Part shown: positions 33,141 through 38,553 of the stretch, piece by piece
Layout of the letters: each line of letters starts with the position of its first letter
Numbering within the stretch: position 1 is the first letter of the stretch
From: Selaginella moellendorffii
Lineage: Eukaryota; Plantae; Lycopodiophyta
Reading direction: 5' to 3'
DNA length: 38,553 nucleotides
Assembly: GCF_000143415.4 (NCBI RefSeq)
Contig: NW_003314300.1
Coordinates: 549,720-588,272 of the forward strand
Notes under the pieces: generated by a model
What the model was told of the DNA's origin: nothing
The model's database searches: none
Seen by the model: only the letters and a program-made list of their open reading frames with translations
Position numbers and translations under genes: made by a program

Positions 33141-36139
33141 ATAACATATGTTGTTTTTGAATAAATAAAATATTATTTTTAATTTAAGATAAATACCAAC
33201 TACTTTAATTCATAACTGCAAGTCATTAATATTCTTAAATGAGCAAAAGAAGCACTTCCAAGTATTAGAAATGGGCAGATCCAATTATGTGTTTTGGAGG
33301 TTGAAGGTAGGAATTTTGAAAGGTGACAATATAACAATAGAAAGAACCAACTTATTTGCAATATATGATGATGTGTTGTTTCATTTCTCATCCAATTCTA
33401 GCTAATTTGACCTTTAGCTTCCCTCCAAGTTGGCCAAGCTCAAGGCATGAAGGGGGTTGGCAAAAAGGGAGCCAGGTCAAGGAGAGCCAAGACAGTTGAC
33501 TAAAGAATATTTTGTTGTAATATGTATTACTGCTTAAGGAGTATTTTGATTTTTAATGCCATTCTTTGAATATACTAAGAATTTTCTTGTGTAATAAATT
33601 AATATTTAAAAATATTTTGTCATTATAAAATCATGTAAATAATTACAATTATATCTTATGTTGTAACTATAAACTATTATATAATATCAAATATATTATA
33701 GCTATAATAAATTATATCTCAAATCCACACATAATCTATACATATAGAAGAATCATGTTGCTTTTTTCTTCTCTCTTACTTTTTTGCTTTTCTCTCTCTT
33801 TCTCCTATACATGATTATCAACAAGCTTTGAGATGAGAGCCAACTTCTCTTTAATATGCATGTTATAATATTCTTGATGCCTCTTTATAAACTTAGCTAT
33901 AACCTTCATATAGGATGACACATCATCAAAAACTTTCTTGATGATAACACGCTGCAACCATTGCATGATGAGGATTACAATTTAGTCTAAAGGTATTGCT
34001 ATAGCATACACTCTATAGTGATTTACTATACATTAACTATGGAGAAGAACTTTAATCCTTGAACATATAGGCTAAGGGCAATAGGGTAGAACCTAAGTTT
34101 TAGGGTCTTGGGGGCCACTAAACAAAAGGATAGAGCCAAACTCCCAAGTTACATTCGAAGAGTGAAAGAACTAAAGTATGAAACAACTTTTAAACATATA
34201 GTCTTAAGTGTGAAGGAAAAAGAATATGAAATGACATTGTCCCGCGACAACGATGGGGTGGATTTCCTAGCGGAGCTGCTGGGAGTTTTAGCGCGTGGGC
34301 ACTTGTGCCAAGTGAGCTTGGACATTGGAATAGTTTTAGAGAATCTAGCATCACAATGCTAAAACTAGTATGCAAAACAAAACTAAATGGAATTTGGCAC
34401 TATTTCAGCATACTAATGGCCTAACACAAAGATATAGGTACTCTATTAGTTAGCATGGTATGGAGTTTGAGTTACACTAGATGTAGAATAAAGATAGGCA
34501 TACAAACAAGAGCTAAACTATGTCTTAAGTTGGTCAGCCATACTTAACCTACCCACTATCCCTACCCCCCATAACCCCCTCCTTTAGATAGCTTTTGATA
34601 CTCACAGTCATATTTGTGACAATTGCAATTATTGCATTAAGCATTAACCAAAAAAGCCTCTATATCATTAAAGAAGTTAAACATACAATTGCCCTCATGA
34701 CAAAAGTATTGCCTAACCATATTTGCTAAAGCTTTTAACTTTTGCAAAAGAAGTTGCTTATAGAAAACATTAGAAGTATTTTCTTACTTAAAATGAAATG
34801 ACTTACCAAGCTTTGTATTCAACATCATCTATGGCAATGTTGGCTGGTTTATGTTAGAGGAGATTCAATAAAAGGTTCAAAAGCAAAGTTGTTTTTTCCC
34901 TTGCTTCCATTCTTTTACAGAATAATAGCATTGAAATAGCTTTAATCTATATTGGAAAATTTTACTAATTAGAAAATATATAAAATTTAAACATGCTTCT
35001 TGCCTATAAAGCTATAGCTCTAGTATACAGTCTTTGATTAGGATAAAGTGAGCCTGAGAAAACATTTATGCTATTTCAATGTCATCTTAAAAGTTCAAAA
35101 CTAGCTGAAAGTCTCACAAAACTCATTTGCAAAACTCACACTAAAATAAAGCTAAGTTAGATCACTATTATCATATTTCTTCATTAGACCCTCGGCAACT
35201 CTAATGAAGCTAAAGGGAAGTCAAGGATAACCAAGAAATTATTCAATAAGTGAGCACCAAAAATATTAAAAGAAAAATTTACTTGCTCAATATGAAGGTT
35301 TACTAATAGAGAAACTCTAAAAGTGGTAAAATATAAACTTTTTCAACTCCTCAAGAATTAACTTATGCTACTTAAAAACCTTAGTATCTAGAGTTTGTTG
35401 ATTTTTACCAATCTCAGGATCATTATAAGAATTCTTATCAATGTATTTTTTTATATGTCTTTTAGCCCTCTTGAATAATGACTTCAGCCAAATCTTCTAC
35501 AATCCTATGCTAGATAACAAGGTGGCTAAATGCTTTTGGTGCCTTATTTGGGTCATTGATATATAATTTCCACCCAGAAGACTTTCTTAATTTTTTCTTT
35601 GAAACTTAGATCTTTTCCACCTCAAGATTAGTTGGAAAAACACAGTTAAAAGCAAAATAAATAGAGAAATTTTATGGGTTTACTAGGTGTGGTAGATGAC
35701 TTTGGTGCTTTTTGAGTAACATGCTTTTTCTTTTTTTGCAATTGTGTTTTCATTTTGATAGATTTGTCAACATTGTCAAATTCCATCAAGAATTCCTTCT
35801 TGATGGTTGTTCTCCTTGAACTAATCTTATGCATGTGAGTTTTGTATTTCTTTCTCCCCTTTTGGCACCACAACAATGCTAAGGATAGTTTTCTTATTTG
35901 TAATTTATGACTTCTGTACATTTATGTAGCTTCTTGTCCTTATGAAGGTAGGTGAGGTGGGATAACCATAGCTCAATAATGGTTAGAATCACATTCTATA
36001 GATTTGAAGTATATGAAAAATAGAGAGTTAAAACTTGAAGAGTACAATATGATGAAAGTGTTATTTATTATAGCGCATGTGATCATGGGATAAGATTTGG
36101 ATATATTGTCATCCTGGATTTTTAAAACCTTGGGGGGTA

Positions 36140-36230
36140 AGTGGGTATAAAATAACCACTAAGGGCTCTATTATCAAACAATTACCCTTTTTTCAGTTAG
36201 CTTAAGGGGAAAAAAATAAAGTATGTTACA
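36140..36230 (-). repeat. Inverted ~90-bp copy of an internal part of the A/B repeat
   Basis: Reverse complement (..aactgaaaaaagggtaattgtttgataatagagcccttagtggttattttat..) matches 15070-15120 and 27545-27600. Confidence 0.75.
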
Positions 36231-38553
36231 CTTATATTGGTTAATTTTTTGCATTACTACATTATTTATTTTGTCCCTCTAGTCCTCATCATAATCTTCT
36301 TTGATCATTATTAGAAACTAACTAAAACTATAGCTAAATTTGTAAATCCCAAACTTGAACTCACACTTGTTGTAATACTCCAAAATTATTTTGTACTTTG
36401 ATGAATCTACTTTAAAGAAGAATTTTTTACCCACCTCAATATACCTAATCATTTTTTCTACCACCTTATTTTTCATCACTTTTTTCTTTTACCAAACTTT
36501 GAATGACTTATTAGTAGTTAGGACTGAAGAGTAAACAAACTTATATGATCCATCAGTTGCTTTCAACTCCTTGAATGTTGCTAATTTATACAAATTTGTC
36601 AAAGCTATCATATTTAGCTTTTTGAACATGCATTAATTATATTGTGGATCCTTTGCATTGAATTAAACCATTCCACCCCAAGACTTGAATGCAAGATGTT
36701 TATTAGTTTTATCATCTTTGATATATATGTTTTTTTTAAAATTTTTACTCATCTCTAGCAGTGGCATCAATATTGAGGCTCTTTTTTTTCAATTTCTCCA
36801 AGTTCTTATTGATGTTGTACTAAAAATAAAATAAAAAAATCACAATGAATACTTTAGCAAATTTAAACACTTTAAATAAGATGTGTATATAGATGTATCA
36901 GAAGAATTTGGCATAGCTATTGTGCTTCTTGGACTAGTTTTCCTTGGCTATTATCACTCTGAGGTAGACTATTTCCTTATTCATGAGCTCATTTATAATC
37001 TTGCTAGCATATACTTGGAAATGTTTTGCATAGCCATATGGAAGAGTAGTTTTGATTATTGCATCTTCATATTGCCTATATAAGAAAAATTTATCCCCTT
37101 TATCCCCTCATTTGAAGAATTTGTTTTTTTTAAGTGTCAAGGTAGAAAGGAGAAAGTAAAAAAAATTGAGAAAAAGCCATTTTGGAAAAAGAAAAAGTGG
37201 ATAAAGAAGCATTGAAAGAGGAATTTATAGTAGCTGACAATGCAAAAATAAAGAAATCAAAAGAAGGACATGTGCTGAAAGTTTGGAAAATAGCAGACTT
37301 CTTATCATAAAATACTTCAGCCACTATAATATAAGCAAAAGGTTCACACTGCTCAACCTCCTCAACACACGATTCAACACTTGAAATGGGAAAATCAATC
37401 ACAACATCCACACTTTTAAGGGAATCTATAAACTCCTTAGTAGCAATGGTAAAGTCAAGGCTGACAACAATACTAATAAGTGGGGACACAACTGGAAATT
37501 CTGGCAAAAATGACTCAAACCTTGGAATATGGGAATACTCAACACTAGAATTGATTAAAAATTTTATCAATGAAATAAAAACAAGATTTTCAACTTCATA
37601 CACATACTCAATATCCAGATTAGTATGAAGAGGACAAAAACCACTCAATATAACACTAGATTGAGAATGAGAATTATAACAGTCATAAATGATAAATGTG
37701 CCAGGAGAAGAAAACACTGCAAATGAAGATGGCTCAGAATAAGAATAAGAAAAGGTTGGGAAAGAGCAAAAGGTAAAGAAAAAGGATCAGATGGCAAATT
37801 GAAAAATTGACACCTACCCCACGAAATCTCCAACTCATCTCCAAAGCTATCTTTATAATAATCAAATTCCTCATCACAATCTAGAATCTATTTGAGCTTA
37901 TAAACATTGGCTTCCCATAAATTCGATCCTTGAACATTCTCCAAGAACTAAACTACATCATCTATAGCTCACCAATTGATGTCATGATCACGCTTCATAT
38001 CAATAGGAGATGGCAGAATATCAAGAATATAACAAGTTATATAATCACACCCCATGGAAGTATATACCAAGGATGGGTGTAGCATCAATATGATCACACC
38101 CTACAGCACCAAAAGTTCAATTCAATGAAGTAACATTAATAACCTTAAATGACATATTCCTTAATTGATGACAACATGGAATAATAGAAGAAGAGAATGT
38201 AATGAAAAAGTAAATCCAAGCACAGCGATAGCTAAAGTTCTAGATTTTGCAAAAAGTTAATATAGATCTAGATTTAAAAGAGAATGAAGAAATAAAAACA
38301 AAAAACATGATCCCGAACACTAGAGTAAAACACTGCTAAAATGCTTTACCTTTTAAGGACAAATTATAATACTCCTCATCTCCACCAATGTGAGTGCTCA
38401 AGAATAGGTATATTAATTAGGGTTTAAACCCCTATTTATATATAAAACTGGATAGTAGATTTAGTCTCAAATGGATGGTTTATATGCTATAATACTATAA
38501 TTCATGTATTACCTAGAACGGGTAATACCTACATACATACACACACACATAAA

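Noticed and set aside
33500-38553. Defined LTR element boundaries (possible PBS near 33810, PPT-like tract near 34575) and ORF 37130..37717
   Set aside because: Probably TE-derived, but no paired LTRs, TSDs or recognisable domains could be established by eye.

Overview
Eukaryotic land-plant genomic DNA, probably a lycophyte such as Selaginella (inferred from 47-70 nt introns, short-motif PLS-class PPR remnants, and compact GC-rich gene islands among AT-rich decayed transposons). Three genes look complete. (1) A 20-exon ARGONAUTE1-clade slicer (3521-7589, +) with one anomalous CG splice acceptor. (2) A subgroup-21 R2R3-MYB (10968-8806, -). (3) An intronless family-1 UDP-glycosyltransferase (31683-33140, +). 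There is also a candidate small secreted-peptide gene divergent from the UGT. Bases 1-1576 are a decayed direct copy of the MYB 3' half and its downstream DNA, fused to a 5'-truncated PPR gene. This looks like the junction of a ~8.3 kb tandem duplication that would also have duplicated AGO1. Bases 14.7-22.6 kb are a mosaic of gene fragments: MYB promoter piece, PPRs, SCP-type phosphatase, and scrambled or inverted HISN3 plus signal-peptide exons that form several inverted repeats. Bases 22.9-29 kb and 33.5-38.5 kb are mostly AT-rich TE debris (Ty3/gypsy RNaseH-integrase twice, a CACTA/CMC-like transposase, a 12-bp minisatellite). I found no convincing wholly new system. The best leads are the AGO1 duplication and splice anomaly, the inverted-repeat pseudogene cluster, and local sequence capture by a repeat.
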